A stretch of DNA of 61,257 nt, counting the filler, from Sphacelaria rigidula (lineage: Eukaryota): the NCBI GenBank assembly GCA_964200075.2. It is 6 parts of 6 records of this genome, joined end to end, with 100 filler letters (N's around TTAATTAATTAA, not from the genome) between each part and the next. Parts side by side here need not be neighbours in the genome. Positions count along the whole stretch, not along the records: positions 51,133 to 61,257 come from CAXNAA020007084.1; 5 more parts are not named here. One strand, given 5' to 3'. The position numbers and the translations under genes were made by a program. Positions 59,875 to 61,257 of the stretch are shown in pieces (positions within the stretch are counted from its first letter, which is position 1; each line of letters opens with the position of its first letter). A model generated the notes under the pieces. The model did not search any database and was not told the origin of the DNA. It was given only the letters and a program-made list of their open reading frames with translations.

Positions 59875-60215
59875 CGTCTATATCCATGCTGTGTTATGGT
59901 AGGTTGGACGAAAAGGAGAGTTAGCTTCTTCATTTCATGTCTTTATCCAGGCTGTATCATGGTAGGTTGAAGAACAAGGAGGGTTAGCTTCTCTACTTCA
60001 TGTCCATATCCAGGCTGTGATATGGTGGGTTGAAGAAAAAACAGGGTCAGCTTCTCTACTGCATGTCTAGGTCCGGGCTGTGTTGTGGTAGGTTGAAGAA
60101 AGAAGAGGCTTAGCTTCTCTATTCCATGTCCAGGTCCGGGCTGTGTTATGGTAGGTTGAAGAAAAAGGAGGGTTAGCTTATCTATTCCATGTCTATTTCC
60201 GGGCTATCTTATGGT
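59875..60215. repeat. ~60-bp minisatellite, same family as 38498-38766
   Basis: About 5.5 units of GCTGTGTTATGGTAGGTTGAAGAAAAAGGAGGGTTAGCTTCTCTATTCCATGTC. Confidence 0.9.
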
Positions 60216-60559
60216 ATCGAAAAACAACAAACAGAAAACAGAAGGAAACAATGTAGAGGAAGAGGAAAAGGAAGAACAACAATACGAGATGGAAGGGAAA
60301 GAACACATAATGTGGAAGAGAACGGAGTAAAACAAAAGGGCAGCTTTGTTATATCATGTCTATACCCATCTTGTGTTTTTCTGAGGCGCAACAAAATTGG
60401 TTATTCAGGTTTTTGCATGTCCATTGTGTTTGTCGGTCGGGGACTTCCTTATGTCTTGTGGCGGTTCATGGTACAGGTACGGTGATAGTCTGTACATTTA
60501 ATGTCTAGGCTCTGGTGGCTTTTTGTACGGCGCCGTTGCCACTCGACGCCAACCCAAGA

Positions 60560-60810
60560 GTCTAGAGGTAAGGGAGGGGGCGGGGGGGGGTGTTTGACTC
60601 CGCGAGAAGCATGGGCTCACAGGTGTGTCAGGCGACCAAACTGCTGAAGGTGCGCTTGTCATGGGCGAAAACGATGCCAGACAGTACTGTATGACTGAGT
60701 GAGTCTGGTCGGTAACAAGCGCGTTCGAACAAACTTTGCCGCTTATATCGACTTTAGGTGAAAGTTCGTGGGAAAAATGGCCCAAAATCCCCCTTCCCCC
60801 CCCCTATCGT
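60560..60810. mobile_element. Decayed copy of the Sola2-like MITE
   Basis: G-run, GTGTGTCAGGCGACC, then TGGCCCAAAATCCCC..CCCTATCGT, matching the 39713 copy. Termini are eroded. Confidence 0.6.
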
Positions 60811-61257
60811 TCAGCCTAGTACGGCGAGAACCCGGCATGCTCTGTCCCGGCTTTGTAGGGGCGGACCCCCGATGAGGTTGGCGTCGTTTCGCAATGACGC
60901 TGTAAACCACGCCTCTCACTGCGTAAGCTAGGCAACCAGGTCATCGATTTGTTCTGCGCGCCTGCGTTTTTTGCGGGAATCATGATGATAGTTGAGCTTG
61001 ATCATGTTGTGCGTCGTGGGAAAATCTCAACTCCGCACAATGGGGATGATCGTACTACCCTGTGTTGCAATGGTGAGACGCCCATGAGGCAGCGTATAAG
61101 CCGTTGCTGTCTCTGGAAGTGGCAACACCAGAAAATGAAGCAACTCATTGCAGGCTGTCATTCAAATCCAAGATAATCAGTACGCTTCGGGCGGAACAAT
61201 CTTAGCAGGATGCAGCTCACCCTTTATACGACACGCCGAATACACCACGGCGCTTCG

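Noticed and set aside
1-61257. Endogenous giant-virus (phaeovirus-type) segment or prokaryotic contamination
   Set aside because: No dense intronless ORFs or viral/bacterial hallmark genes recognised.

Overview
Eukaryotic, intron-rich, transposon-dense DNA. The style of genes, splice sites and repeats suggests a brown alga or other stramenopile (inference). The window is not one locus. It is six contigs of 10127, 10127, 10127, 10126, 10125 and 10125 bp, apparently sorted by length and joined by 100-bp N44-TTAATTAATTAA-N44 linkers, so adjacency across linkers means nothing. Contig 1 (1-10127): foldback and MITE elements, tRNA-derived SINEs, a ~3 kb inverted duplication, and a 2.3 kb palindrome built on a decayed hAT-like transposase. 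Contig 2: a multi-exon CaMK-type kinase with degenerate catalytic motifs (HRDLQPKN, AGFG). It appears to splice on to a ZU5-like domain carrying an HFC autoproteolysis-type motif; this is the most interesting item. Contig 3: a minus-strand multi-exon gene with an EF-hand-like exon. Contig 4: a composite TIR element, a minisatellite and Sola2-like MITEs. Contig 5: a decayed chromodomain Ty3/Gypsy element with both LTRs, interrupted by two hAT-type MITEs. Contig 6: the first exon of PRP31, a decayed RTE-like LINE, a SINE and a minisatellite. Most ORFs in the supplied track are spurious. All calls were made by eye, without database searches.
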